A DNA stretch of 64,000 bases from Antechinus flavipes (taxonomy: Eukaryota): positions 245,830,001-245,894,000 of the forward strand of contig NC_067403.1 in the NCBI RefSeq assembly GCF_016432865.1. Reading direction: 5' to 3'. The notes under the pieces were generated by a model that did not search any database, was not told the DNA's origin, and saw only the letters and a list, made by a program, of their open reading frames with translations. How positions within the stretch are numbered: position 1 is the first letter of the stretch; the number at the start of each line of letters is the position of its first letter. Positions 11,875 through 25,084 of this stretch are shown piece after piece. Made by a program: the position numbers and the translations under genes.

Positions 11875-13578
11875 CAACACTATGGCATTAGTTTTATTTC
11901 CTATCAATCGGTAATTAACTGTATTTTCTTTCTGAATATCTGCAGAAGAGAAGAGTTAAGGAGAATGTGATAACTGTCTTATATTACTGAAAAAGCTTTC
12001 GGTGAAAGAAGATTTAGAGTGATTTTATTATTTCTTTCTTCAAGGAGATAGCAGAGCTCTCTTTTGCTAATCACTTCCTTGGTATCCATTTCCTTACATA
12101 CCTTCTCTTTCCCAGTATATAGGCAGACTGAATAGTTCCTTGATGGCTGTTTTTCATCTCTTATATTTTTAGGCAGGGATACACCTCCATATCATTTAGT
12201 CTCTTATCAATGAAGAAAATTACTGAACATTCATGATTTCATTATATAATATATAACCTCAAATTGCTTATTATATTTTACCTTCTTTAATATTTATGCT
12301 CAAAGCAAGCAACCTTATCCTCCTATTTAAGAGAATACTGGGATTAACTTTTATGTCCCTTTATGCTTAGATATCTGGAAGGTTCAACTAAAATACCAGC
12401 ACTTTACTGAAGCCCCTTTTGATTCCTCTGGTAGTTAGCACCATTTTCTTCCTCAATTTTAATCTTGTTTTTGCTTATCTATGTGTATGTTTTGTTTCCT
12501 CATTTCTCCAGTAGAATATAAGTGTTTTGAGAACATCAACTAATTTATTTTTGTTTTTGTATCTCCTGGGCATTAGGACAGTGTTTTGGACAGAGTTGAT
12601 TTCTGATAAATAGTGTTTAATTGAAGTGAGTTAAAGTTGTGTTTTTAACTTGATATTTTAGGAGTAGGAATTACAGCTATTGGTCATCCAATATATGATA
12701 AGGCTTTTATCTTCATATAGACTTGGTGATTTTTCAAAACAAAAACAGCCCTTCCTGTCTAGAGGACTCAGCACTATCATAATGTTATTGTGAAAGAACC
12801 TACGAACACGTACCTGACATGGATATGTTCTCCATGTACAGTCTTTTCTGGTATGCTGATCAGCAGGAAAGAAGCTTTGGATTGCTGTGTTATATATTCA
12901 CATTTTCTTCTCTAAGGTATAAATGTTTTGTCCATATTTAGACTCAAGAATAAGGTGACCTGATTTCTAGTAAGATGCAAGTCTTAGATCCTTTTCAGAG
13001 AAAAGGAAGGACAGGCTTCTATTATAATAATAATTTTGAAACTACTATTTTCTCTATGGTCATTTAAGAGATATTTAAGCCAGTAATACTTGTTACTGAT
13101 GACTCCTTTGGAAAGTGTCCTAAAAGAAACTAAACAATGAATTACAAATACCCATACCTCCCCTGAAATACTTGTGGGAAGGGAAGATCAATATTTAATT
13201 GGAAATGGAATGCTTTGATATGTGGGAGGATTGAGGAGATTTTTTGTTTTGTTTTGTTTCATTTTTTCCCCTGAAATATAGAAAATCCTCAATTGGAATA
13301 TAAGCTTCTTAGAGGCAGGGATTCTTTGATTTGTCTCTTTCTCTCCTCAGGCAAATAGTAGATGCTTTATAAATGCTTGTTGGATATTGATATTAGTTGT
13401 GCCCATGTTGAGAAATTAGGATAGATGACTAACTTAGATGATTTTCAAAGCCCCTTTTAACTTGAACATTTCACAAATTTATGTCATTTCTTATCTTCAA
13501 TAAAGGGATCTCACCAAGTAATATTGCAATCAAGAATATAATAAGAAAATACTACATTGCTTAAGTCAATATTTAAGT

Positions 13579-14520
13579 TTACTTAAAGCCATGATTGCTA
13601 CTGCTCAAGGTCTTCTTCAGAGCATCCTTTACTTCCTTGTTTCTCAAACTGTAGATCAAGGGATTTAACATGGGAATGATCACTGTATAAAATACTGATG
13701 CCATCTTATCTGTATCAAGGGAATGGTTTGAGCTGGGCTGCAAGTACATAAATATCAGGGTCCCATAGAAAATGGTGACAGCCACCATATGTGAGCCACA
13801 GGTGGAGAAGGCTTTGCGCCTACCTTCAGCTGATTGCATTTTTAAAATTGCAGAAATAATATACATGTAGGAGACAAAGACAACCAAGAAGGAAGCAATA
13901 AGCATAACCCCTGCACAGATAAAAATCCATATTTGTTTAGAGTGTGTGTCAGAGCAGGATATTCTCAAGAGAGGCATGTCATCACAATAGAAATGGTTGA
14001 TAATGTTAGAACCACAGTAGGAGAGGCGGAATGTCAGGATAACATGGTATAGAGCAACTAGAAAGCTGTAGATATAGGGAATGGCTACCAGTTGAATACA
14101 GATTTTAGGAGACATAAGAACCATATAAAGCAAAGGGTTACAAATGGCCACATAGCGATCATAGGCCATGGAAGCTAGCAACAAGCATTCTGCATCCATG
14201 AAAGCAATAAAGCATCCTAGCTGAAGAGCACAGGCACTGAAAGAGATTGTATTTACTTCATACAAAAAATTCCCCAGCATTTTGGGAGTAATGGAGGAAG
14301 AATAGCAGAAATCAACAAAAGCAAGGTGACTTAGGAAGAAATACATGGGAGTTTTTAGTCGCGAATTAATTCTGATGACTATAATGAGACCCAAATTTCC
14401 CACCACTGTGAACATATAGATTAAGAAGAACACCATGAAGAGAGGCATCTTCAGCTCTTGTTTGTCAGTAATGCCCAAGAGAATGAACTCAGTCACCTGG
14501 GTAAAATTAATTTCAGCCAT
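13579..14520 (-). CDS. OR8U1-like: Olfactory receptor, OR8U subfamily (OR-A), intact, 313 aa
   Basis: Full 7TM ORF with all OR motifs; leftmost gene of the tandem array. Confidence 0.97.
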   Translation of the reverse strand: MAEINFTQVTEFILLGITDKQELKMPLFMVFFLIYMFTVVGNLGLIIVIRINSRLKTPMYFFLSHLAFVDFCYSSSITPKMLGNFLYEVNTISFSACALQLGCFIAFMDAECLLLASMAYDRYVAICNPLLYMVLMSPKICIQLVAIPYIYSFLVALYHVILTFRLSYCGSNIINHFYCDDMPLLRISCSDTHSKQIWIFICAGVMLIASFLVVFVSYMYIISAILKMQSAEGRRKAFSTCGSHMVAVTIFYGTLIFMYLQPSSNHSLDTDKMASVFYTVIIPMLNPLIYSLRNKEVKDALKKTLSSSNHGFK

Positions 14521-14983
14521 TTATTCCATCTGACATCTTGGCCAAGATAAAAACAAAGATGAAAGTTCAGTTAGTTCTTGGATTTTCCTTCCCTCTAAAT
14601 CACATTTTTCATTATTAGAGTGAACAATGATGGATAGAACACAGTAAAAAAAAACCTGCTGTGATTACCAAATATCCAGTTTATAAGTATACTGTGAAGT
14701 GGGTTGTGCAAATATTAGTATTCCTATTTTATTGTTTGAGACACAATTTGATATCCAAAATTCCATGCTATCTTACTCTTAAGAAAAGAAAAATGCATCT
14801 CTATTTTTGGTAGTACAGGCTAAATTTGTAACTGTCATTCTTAGTCTTGTCTATACATTCAAATTCAATATACATTTCTTTATCACTAATTTTGTGAGAG
14901 GCAGCTTGTTTTGGTGATGTAAATGCTAATCTCTGAGCTCATACACACTTTCAAGGTCTCTCAAGAGCTTTGGAATTGTTTGT

Positions 14984-15245
14984 ATGACTTGGGAAATACT
15001 GGCACAGGGCTACCCAGCATGGCATGCCCTCATCAGAGAAGGTGCTGTGCTGTATGCACAAAGCAGAATAAAAATAGCCCAGCAGAAATGTGAGAAAAGT
15101 AGAGTTAGAGAAACAATCCCAAATGTTCCTTGGGCTGATTTGTGTCTGACCTGTGGCAGAGTATTCTCAGCTCCTATTGGTCTGATCAGGCACAGTTGGA
15201 CACACTATAACTCAACTCTAATGTCATGATGATATTTTGGTCCAA
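14984..15245 (+). mobile_element. RTE LINE 3' fragment (paralogs at about 29530-29790, 34780-35050, 44157-44420; deleted in spacer E)
   Basis: WEILAQ...W..LIREGAVLY.QSRI...LC.TCGR.F...IGLI.HS.TH is the RTE ORF C-terminal zinc-finger-like end, followed by the RTE tail. Confidence 0.85.
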
Positions 15246-16032
15246 TATATATATACATACATATGTAAATCTCTTTAGGCATCAATTTTTATTCTAGGGG
15301 ATTTCTGAGGTCCTTTTAGTCACTTTATTTGATTTACAGAGATAAATAAATTAAGCACAGGATGTTCCAGAATTCTTTTGTTCAGTTGTGTCTCTGTGAC
15401 CCAAGGAACCATAGTGTGTAATAAGCATGCTATGATTTTACTATCTCTTGAAATTGGTCCAAAAACATGTTCATTGTTTCCATGATGCTGTCCATCCATC
15501 TCATTCTCTACCTTTTCTTTTTTTCCTTTTCAATCTTACTCTCATGATTCTTAGAGTAATGTTAAGCCCTAATAGCTTAAAACAACTTTTAAGACTTTTG
15601 AAACTCCCTGTAAATATGAAGAAAGATTGACGATAACTAGGGCATCATGAGTGGAAATGATATTCAACTGATCATGTAAGGAAACTAAGGTGAGAATAAA
15701 AGTAGGAATGGGATTGCTGAGGTAGAGAACTAACAAATGGGTCATTGTGGCTCTAACATAAAGTGTATACAAGTAAATAATGTGGCATGAGTGTGAACAT
15801 AGCTACAACCAGACCAATATATGTCACCACCTTTCTCATATAAAGAAAACTTTAATCTGTTCTAACCAAGATCCTTAGTAAAACTTTGTATCTATTATGT
15901 GACAGTTCTATAAGATTACTATCACTATCTCTTCCCCATTACTCCCAGGATCCATTCCAACTTAAACTTAGCCCAGTTGATTTGGTGGACTCAAAAAAAA
16001 GAAAAAAAATATAATGTTGGTAACTCACTTAC

Positions 16033-16128
16033 CATCATCATGGGTATATTCAGGAAAGCACTGCAGAATATTGTATAACCTCAGATCTCTATTATCTCAA
16101 CTTAGGGGAAAAATGATAAAAATTGTTC
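16033..16128 (-). other. Predicted non-coding 5' exon of OR-A (paralogs C 37326-37423, D 46692-46788, E 54957-55052; donor destroyed in B near 32385)
   Basis: On the minus strand: acceptor tgtttgtttttag|g and donor G|GTAAGTGAG; 96-98 nt in four units. Confidence 0.6.
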
Positions 16129-17049
16129 CTAAAAACAAACATTTATAAGATATTCAAACAGGTTATCTATCCTCTTTTCATTTTTTGGTTATTGTTTGAG
16201 CAATTATTACTAGTATTCTTCCAATCATTTATGAATTGTGTTTATTTCAGTAATTACTATTAAATAAAGTTGCTAGGTTAACAGCTTAGTTGCTTCCTTA
16301 TTCTTACAAGCTCCCAACTTCCCATTCTCTCTCAGTAAAACTAATAATATAAACTGATCTTCTGCTAACCAGTCTGCTTACATAACAGTAAGATTATTTG
16401 ATCATCAAAAGTCTGTGTGGTTGTGTTTCCTAGTTCTCTGATTCCTATATTTTCATTAAGTACATAATTGATAGATGTTTTGGTTAATAAACATCACTTG
16501 ACCAATTTTGGTTCAAACTGTTTTTGGTATATATGATCTTTGGGTTCAATGAAAATCCAGTCTTTCATGTATTATAGAAGATTGTTCTTCATGTTAATAT
16601 TCCCATTTATGAGATCATAGTTTTCAAGTTAGGGCATACCATAAAAAGCATGATTCCAACCCTTTCATTTTACAAATGAAAAAACTAATACCTTTCCTAA
16701 AGTCATATAAGAAATGACTGAGAATTGCTCTCTCTTTTGCATTTGTAAATCAGAACTCATGTTTGGTGCCGTTTTCTTTGTACTATAATGCTTTGCAAAA
16801 CAGAAAAAAAAATGGTTCATCGTCTTTTTTCAGAGTGCTTTAATTTATGTTTCTCTCTTTAAATGTGCTAGTGAATTACTAATGTAAACTGTGTCCTTGT
16901 AATTTTAAACCTTCAGAAAATGTCATTTTTGTTATTATATTGTTTTATTTTTGGTTCCTTATATACTATTTATAGTTAAAGTGATACAGATTCTAAACTA
17001 TTAAGGATATGAAACAATTGTTTTGCTTTCCTGAGTCAATTGGATTATT

Positions 17050-17300
17050 TTGTCTTACCTGAGAAGAACAAATAGCTAGATCCTCAAAAATACATAGAGG
17101 AGCTTTTGAGTTCATGGTTTTATTGACGAATGTGTCCCAAAGGAATTACATGTTCAACTGGTCCTGAAGCTTCTAACTCACTCAGGCACTGACAAAGAAA
17201 TTAAATGCAACCATGGGGAACATTAAGCAAACTGTAATTGAAGAGCTTCTCTGGGGTGTTGTGAGAACAGAAAATCTAAGCCTATTCCTCACAAGTGAGC
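17050..17300 (-). promoter_or_regulatory. Candidate promoter plus first exon of OR-A
   Basis: Donor CAG|GTAAGA at 17059/17058; O/E(EBF)-like TCCCAAAGGAA at 17135-17145; CCATGGGGAA at 17211-17220; homeodomain site TAATTG at 17235-17240 next to TCTCTGGGG. Confidence 0.6.
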
Positions 17301-18489
17301 AATGTGATAAAGAATGCTTTTTTAAAAGTAAAATTTGCTTTTGGAATATTTTCAATTATTAATAATATTGCTATTATTAATAGTCACTTTCTAGCTTCAT
17401 GAATTAATTTCTTGGATAAATCTAAACTCAATTTTTAAAACAATCTCAAACATCATTCCTATGGTAAATCCTTCAGTTAAAAACATTTTTGCAGTACCCA
17501 CTGTATGCAAAGAACATGGCTTAAGAACCAAAGCAACTTGGTTCTCCACCATTGCCTGGTTGAGTTTCTCATGTATGGGATCTGGATTACGTGGCCTCTA
17601 ACATTCCCTGCTGTCCTACATTTGTGGTTCTATGAGTATCACCTTTCTTGTTGTAGATATTTCAGTCCTTGAATCTCCAATCTCATCCATGTAGACACCT
17701 CCTCCAACAATGTAGATTGTAACCCATCCATTCCATTTGTTGTTTTGCAGTTCTCCCTCCCAGACCATCCCTCCTATATCAAGCATGTTCTTCTTTTCCA
17801 ATTGTGATCCCTTGTTGAATTAGTTTAGTTCTTATGCTATTCTCTTGAATCCTTTGCCTCTCATCACATCACCAGGTACACTCTGCCAACTGTTACTCTT
17901 TATCATTCCTACCATCTGTGTGCCTACATATTTACTGTTCAATGAAGATAAAGCAAAATCACAAAAGTGCGCTGAGTCCACTACAAATCCACATCATGCA
18001 GCTTTAGCTCAGCTCACACTCCTGCAAAGCAATCAATTTTACACTATTATGTCAAGGTATAGAGATTAATTGAGACCTATTAATTTTCAACTAGAGAATT
18101 TATTAAAGTTACTTTGACCACACAGGATTTGCATCTGAAGCGCATGGCACAGAAGGCCATAGGACCTTTTTTAGGGTGTAAAAAAACCAACAAACAGGTT
18201 AGCCTGTTTCCTTATCTGACATATTTGCAACTATTTATTAAGGGGACATATCAAATACAGAAACAGTGAGACAGAAATCTTGCATAAGATTTCTGCTACT
18301 AATGTTATGTAAGAGAAAAGGAGACAAAGGTGCAAAAGGGATTTGGGATTGTTGAGTCATTTCAAATTCTCAACCCAGTTTTCCAGGGTATGGGGCTATG
18401 GTTGTAACAGTTCCTACTTCTTTTGAGGGGAATGTAAATCATTGAATCATTATTTTCAAAATAAGAGATTACAATACCATAATTTTCAT

Positions 18490-19900
18490 TGACTCACCCT
18501 GAGACCTGATAAATCAAACAAGATTAAAAAAGATGCAGATGCATATAGTGAGGGCAATGAGAAGGAGAAACAATGGTCCCACAAGAGATGAGAAGAAAGA
18601 GTTTGCCTATGGGGAGGAATTAAACAGGGACTGGTACCAACCTATCCCCTGACCCTGCTCCATTTGTGTGGACTCAAGATTTTTAGGCACAAGAACCAGA
18701 CTCTCCCTGGTAACCCCAGAGTTTTAGCATAAAAACAACAGGCCTCTTCCCAGAGCAGTACAGAGACCATCGTATTTAAGGAACAATAGGTCCAGGTCTT
18801 AGGGAATTTTACCTGCTTCTCAAGCTCCAGGAAGTAGAGTGTTCTAGATAACCCAGATCAAGATCTACTGGTGCACTTGGCTCCCAATACCTCATTTCAC
18901 TATGTATGAGGACAACAGTGGCAATGGCAGCAGAGCCCAGCAGACCGAACCCCACCGAGGTGAGGATGAGAGCTGTGGCAGCGCGCTTCTTGAGCTGTGA
19001 GTTACTGGCCCTGTATGGGAGAAAGATTCCCACTCTTCTTTTCCACCAAGTAGCATATAAGAAAGACAAGAGACTAAAATGCACAAAGAGTCTTGGTTAA
19101 CAGAAAGGCCTGAGCCGACATGCCATTGAAGCAGGCCGACCAAGCTCCCGAACAAGGGACAAGGAAGCACAGGGACCTAGACAAAAGGGTAGCCATGGTC
19201 CTGGTGGAGCTGCAGGCTGAGATGTAGGGAGAGGAGTCAAGCAAAGGGGATGACACTAGGCAGGTGCCAGAGCTTTGGATATTCCCCAGAGACAAGCTGA
19301 GCTGATCAGGAGTCAAAGAGCTAAGGACCTCTTCAGGGCTCTCCATTATTCTTACATAACAAGGGGCTGAGTATCCATGTAAAGCCAATAGTCAACCCCA
19401 AAGTCTGGCCTGGAAGTATTTACAGGCCCAATGAACAGCTGAGAGCAAACTAAGGACAGGTGTGGTTGGAGGGAAAGAATGGTAAAGGTTTGGGAGTCCT
19501 GGACAAATGAATGGGGACAAGGACTGAGGAAGACTAAAGAGGGGCAGGAAGTGCTACTAAGTCCACCTCCCGCCTCTTCTCTGCTGCTGTTCCTTCAACC
19601 CAATCCCTAGGTGAAGGTGAAAGTGTTGTTCCCACTCTTTCAAGTGCTTCTGGGATGAAAATCCTCTCATCTGGAAAAAGCCCCAAACTTTCCGTGTCCC
19701 TTATCCTCCCTTTTGTTTTGGCTAAGGAATCATCTGAAGGGGAGTGGCCAGGGCTCCAAGGGTCAAGTAGCCACCTCACATATAAGGCCTGAAAGTGAAT
19801 TAAAGTTTCTGTATATAACACACAAGTATAGTAGGGGTTTTTTGCTCTGGTACTTTTCTAAATATCCCTCAGGGGATATTGTGTTCAATTAAATAATGTA
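18490..19900 (-). pseudogene. env: Retroviral env remnant (SU C-terminus and TM)
   Basis: Hand translation across frames: DYWLY (decayed CWLC), SLGNIQSSGTCL, furin site LKKR|AATALILTSVGFGLLG fusion peptide, LDLLFLKYDGLCTALG/EEACCFYA (immunosuppressive region plus CX6CC), GWYQSLFNSSP*, TM anchor. Multiple frameshifts and stops. Confidence 0.88.
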
Positions 19901-20449
19901 GATATATTCTATAATTTGACAAGTGACAAACTGAATTGTTAGTGGTGTATCCTCTTTCAGCCACATTTACCTAGATTTTCATTCTAAGTCCTGAATGCAT
20001 TTTAACAGGGGACCCAGTCAGAATTCTGTGTCCATTTATCCACTAATTCCAGTTCTTCCCAAATCAATGGAGCCCGATGTCCATTAGGGGCAAGAGCTCA
20101 TTTTTTGAAACTACTTCCTGCTGATAATGGGCACTGAGCTGAATCATCCTACAGGATCCCATTTTGGGGGATATGCTGGAACTGATGGAAACATTCAATA
20201 GATCAATTCAGATCCTTGAAGCTGGTCAATACAACTGCAACTTGATCAAAATCTAGAATAAAAGTAAATCTAACAAACAGATGTTAGAATAGAATAGAGA
20301 TAGAAAGACGGTTCTACAAGGACTGCTACAAGATGTAGGGAAACATGTAGGAAACATGCCATAGGACAGACAAATGTTAAAGACGTGTCAGTTGTAGTCC
20401 CAATAAACAATAAAATAGCAGTTAGATCTCACAGACAATTGTGTCAATT

Positions 20450-22450
20450 ATTCGTATCTTATTTCAGAAACCTTTAAGGACCTTATTATTTACAGACACA
20501 AATATCTAAGAACTGATAGATGACCAGGCTAAATACTCATTTGCCTAATTATTTAGGACATAATGATTACATATAGCCAGATTGGAAACACCAAAGTATT
20601 ACATAATTAAATTGTACTAATGGTTTCTATTTACTATTTTCTCTGATTAGAGAAACCTCCTAAAGGTGGAAAAAGCTGGGACACAACTATAATATAATAC
20701 AATCAGTCTTCTCCAATAGCAAATCTCATTAATCAAAGTTTCAAATGAATCTAGTTCTCAAAGATCACATCTCCAAAACAGGTATTGACTAAAATCTTAT
20801 ATTGATAAAGATTCATCCTAAAAAGTAAGTTCAACATAGCACAGATCATTTTGCTTTTAAAATGCCCGATACATAGGAAAAAAAAAAAAAAAAAAAACCT
20901 CTAATTGCATATTATCCGTAACAGAAACATGTTTGAAGGGACAATGGCAAAAACTATTATTCCCAGAGTATATATAATATATATATATATATATATTAAC
21001 TCATCCTTTTCCAATTGAGGATTCCCTATAAATCTTTGGAAATACAAATAACAAATAGAAAAAGGTCTATATAAAATAAAAATATCTCACAAACAATTGT
21101 GCATATCCTATCAGATTAAAATCCTTCTCCAAGTACTTCAAGAAAGCTATAGATCCATTTGTTATCATATTTATTAAACAAGAAGACCATTATGCACTTA
21201 AATAAACTTAAATAAACATCAAACTTACCAAAGAATTCTTGCTGTTGTTTCTTCAAAGAAGTAGGGGCAATGGGTGGAACACTATGCCCTTCAGTGACTA
21301 TGATCTCCTCCAGCAAAAAACTCTAGAGACCTTAGTCTTACAAGGGAGGGCTTTTACCCAACTAGTACAGGTGTCAACAAAATCGAAAGCAAATTGAAGC
21401 GCCTGCACGCCAGCATATATGCAGGCCATTTTAACAGTCCTTTCAGATTTTACTTGCCTGGGGCCTATATGAGGGAATGCAGGAGTTAGGAGTAAGGGAA
21501 TTAAAGATGCCATGGTCAGAGGCAAACAAGTCTAGCATAGGCAGCTGATCTATAAGCTTGTTTTCCTTCACCTGGAGTGAATTCCCCTTCCTTTAGGAAA
21601 CAACAGAAACCTCTCTAGGTCCATGGACAGCTGGCAATAATTGTTTTCCCTGAATACTTAACAGGAAATTGTTTGGCTGTCAGAAATCCCTTTTCTTTCC
21701 ATGTAGCTCCCATCATCATGCAAAACATGAAAAATGTATTTGAAATCAGCATAGATATTTTAGAAATAAGCAAGGGGTCTAAGATAGGATTCCAGAGACC
21801 CTAGAAACCTTCTATCAACCCCCAACTTTCCATCAACATACAGTATGAAAGGCTCTAGGTAGATTAGTTTAGTTTTTAGGGTTCTAAAAACCTTGGCCTG
21901 ATCCAGGTGTGCTAAAATAGTCTGCTTCCTCCCTTAATGAGCAAAAGGGAATGTGGGAGATGGCTTCAAATACTAAGGCAAAGTGGGCCTTTAGACAAAG
22001 AAACTCTAGCCCAGGAAGCAAGAGCTTTAGAGATTTAATAGCAGCAACCTCTAGGTTGAGGAGAAAATTCTCCAGGGCTGGGCTACAAATCAAAATATTA
22101 TCTATATACTTATATTGTGCCTCATATCTTCCACTGACCACTTGCTCTGATTATAGAAATTTGCTGTAAGAGGAAAAATCAGGGACATGATTTAAATAGC
22201 ATCAAAACTGGCCCTTCAAATATTTACCTGAGAGCACATACAGGATAAAGCATCCTTATTCATCTCTCCTTCAATATCTCCTAATGATCTATGATTCCAT
22301 GTGTCCATCTTTTGTAACTTCCTGCATTTGCAAGGATCCAGACCTGAATATTTCCTTTACTAAATTCACTCAGATTTTTTAAAGGTTGCTCTATTTCCTG
22401 CCTCAGAAGTCTAGGGACAAGGGTGGCAAGAGTTAAAAGTCCTCCTAAGA
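20450..22450 (-). pseudogene. pol: Retroviral pol remnant (RT and integrase), partly deleted
   Basis: QYKYIDNILICSP (decayed YVDD) in ORF 21884-22141; FVDTCTSWVKALPCKTK (integrase core) in ORF 21298-21525; a PG...GP-like IN C-terminus near 20460-20540. Confidence 0.8.
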
Positions 22451-24248
22451 ATTGCTAGGACTAAAGGTAGTTGGGGATGGAACAATTGGTTGGTCATAGT
22501 CTGAGGAGAAGAAAAAGAAGCATATGGGGAGGGAGAGAAAAGGGAGTCCAATAGGTGTGATGGGACAGATTCCTGTTCTGCTCTCCTCTCCCCCCAGTCC
22601 ACGTGATATCTTTCCTAACTCTACCATCCTGTCCCTATCTTCCTTTTCAACATGTTGCATCTCTCTCTTTTCTCTCTGACTACAACATACTGTTTCTCTC
22701 TCTCTCCAACAACCTATCAAATCAATAATCTTTAACAATTTGAGGTTTCAATATTACAATAACCCCTATTTAATTATCAATTTTACAATTTTCAACAAAT
22801 GATAGCCCAATGAGTATAACATAACCATCAAAAATGGATAGGAATTTCATGTAATTTACAATTCTTTCAAATTTTAACATACAAACTAATTAAAATTATT
22901 TAAAATCAATACTTTTCCATGTGACATTCTAACTAGATATTTCATTTAACTCAATTGCAAAATCAATCCTTCTTGCCCCATGTATGTAAAATCACTTTTC
23001 TCCTTTTTTTTGTTTTCATTTTGTTCAAAATTTTTAATATTCACAATACAGCTAACAGCTAAATAACTTCATAAAGTTTATACACATGTCCAGCAGAGCT
23101 GACAAAGTTTTAAAGCATAATTTATAATGTTTACAAATTACCCAATATATGTTTTAGAAAGTAACATATTTCATCTAATTTGGGGATATATGATCTCTTC
23201 AGATAAGTTATCAGTACTTTGTTTTAACAAGCTATTTTTAAACCAAATCAAATCAGATACAGCTGCAAATTTCCAGTAGTGATGTTTCAAAATTCAAATA
23301 AAGAATAAACAAATTTAACATATACCATTCAATAGTAATTATCTTCCATAATTTCATAATTTTAAACACATACATACAGTTTCCCAAAATCCAACAAGGC
23401 AAGCCTCTTTTTGTGGCAGTAAACTTTTTCTCATTTTCCTCAGGCAAAACAACACTACTTAACAAATTTGGAATTTTCAAGAGGAATTCCAGAAGAAGAT
23501 TTCACCTCACTTCCTTTCTTGATGACATCAGCTTTCCTTATTCTCTTTTTACTTATCCCATTTAGAGCTTCAAACTCTCAAGTCTTCAAGCTCTTAAAAT
23601 GCTTTTACTACCATATTTACTACCAGAACTAAAAGCTGCTTTTGTTTCCAATTCTTAAATCTTAGATTAGCAGTCAGTGCAAAGAAATTACATTTTACAT
23701 ATCTCTTTAGTTTCTTTAAAGGGACAATCTAAATACATGACAAGACAGAAAAGTCAAACAGGAACTTACACAACACAACAGAAGTCCTAGATTAACAACT
23801 TCACTATACACCAACAAATACAGGCCAGGGGCAAGCTCTTGACATCTCAGGAGTGCTGTGAGGGGAGATTTCAGTATGACAATCTGTCCCTCCCCAAAAC
23901 AGAAATACCCAAACTGAGCCTTTTTAAAGATTACACATAAAAATGCTTAGAACCAACTTGTGCTTAAAAAGCACCCAGATTTATGCCCAAAGACCATGGT
24001 GTCCCACTGGCACTTCTCAGAGTTGTATGGCTTGTCAGCTAAACTTTCTCTCTGGGGACCCTCAGATCAGATAGAAAACTTACCCTGCAGGAGTTTAAAA
24101 TCAAATTCTCTACATGACTAATGGGGGGGTGTCAGGAGTGAGTCTTTGGAGCAGCTAGTTCTAATCTTTTCCCCAAGCCCTGGAAATCTCAGAAAGCCAG
24201 CTTCTCCTGGGGACCGACTAGGACAAACCAAACCAAGGCTCACCCCAG

Positions 24249-24408
24249 NNNNNNNNNNNNNNNNNNNNNNNNNNNNNNNNNNNNNNNNNNNNNNNNNNNN
24301 NNNNNNNNNNNNNNNNNNNNNNNNNNNNNNNNNNNNNNNNNNNNNNNNNNNNNNNNNNNNNNNNNNNNNNNNNNNNNNNNNNNNNNNNNNNNNNNNNNNN
24401 NNNNNNNN
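24249..24408. other. Assembly gap (160 N)
   Basis: Run of N. Confidence 1.
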
Positions 24409-24729
24409 AAAATTTGTGCTAAGATATAGAGACAAGTTGAGAAATATTAATTTTCAATTGGAGAATTTAATAAAGTCTACTTTGCCCATTCAGGATTTGC
24501 CTCCAAAGCACTTGGCCCCAAACAAAAGGACATAGGGCCTTTAAAAAGGGTCTCAATAAGCCAGCAAACAAGTTAGCCTGCTTCCTTATCTGAATATTTG
24601 TAACTATTTGCAACTATTTGTTAAGGGGCATGGAGACAGAAGAAATGTATATTTATGCATACATATCCATCTTTATCCATATTATCTATAATCCATATAT
24701 TTATGTCTATAAATCTATCAAAGTTTCAA

Positions 24730-25048
24730 TCTATATTGTGAGTTCTTAACTTCTCTGTTAGGAGATAGGTAGCATGCTTCATCATATAGTTGGTCATTGT
24801 GTTGATCACTTTTAAAAGTATTTCAAAGTCATTTATTTTCATATTATGATATTACAATAAATTATTTTTTTCTTTTAATTTCACTCTGCGTCAGTTCATG
24901 TAACTTTTTCTAATAGCACAATAATATTCCATTAAAATCATATATTACATTATATTTATATAAAATTTAAACATTATCCAATTGAGGGGCTCTTCCTTAG
25001 TTTCCAGATCTTTGTCATCACAACACACAGAAAAAAAAGACTTGTTAT

Positions 25049-25050
<2 letters not shown>
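24730..25050 (-). mobile_element. Old L1 3' fragment (paralogs at about 40275-40650, 49560-49930, 57455-57850)
   Basis: ctgcgtcagttcatg...ataatattccatt...ccaattgagggg...tttccagatctttgtcatcaca matches the minus strand of a marsupial L1 ORF2 end. Confidence 0.7.

Positions 25051-25084
<34 letters not shown>

Larger units (their letters stand above)
18050..24641 (-). mobile_element. Decayed class I (gammaretrovirus-like, ERV1) provirus
   Basis: Left (3') LTR 18050-18409 has TG..CA ends, minus-strand AATAAA at 18099-18104 and a polypurine tract AAAAGAAGTAGGAAC at 18410-18424. env and pol remnants follow. Right (5') LTR 24415-~24641 is homologous to 18050-18270 and truncated. The PBS probably lies in the N gap. 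Confidence 0.88.

Noticed and set aside
14984-15229. 81-aa ORF with Cys/His motif (also 34780-35010 and 29527-29715)
   Set aside because: Decayed C-terminus of an RTE LINE ORF, not a host gene.
18490-19900. env as a co-opted syncytin-like gene
   Set aside because: Several frameshifts and stops, CWLC decayed to YWLY, and no continuous ORF.
24118-24535. ORFs spanning N runs (also 49220-49516)
   Set aside because: Artefacts of translating assembly gaps.
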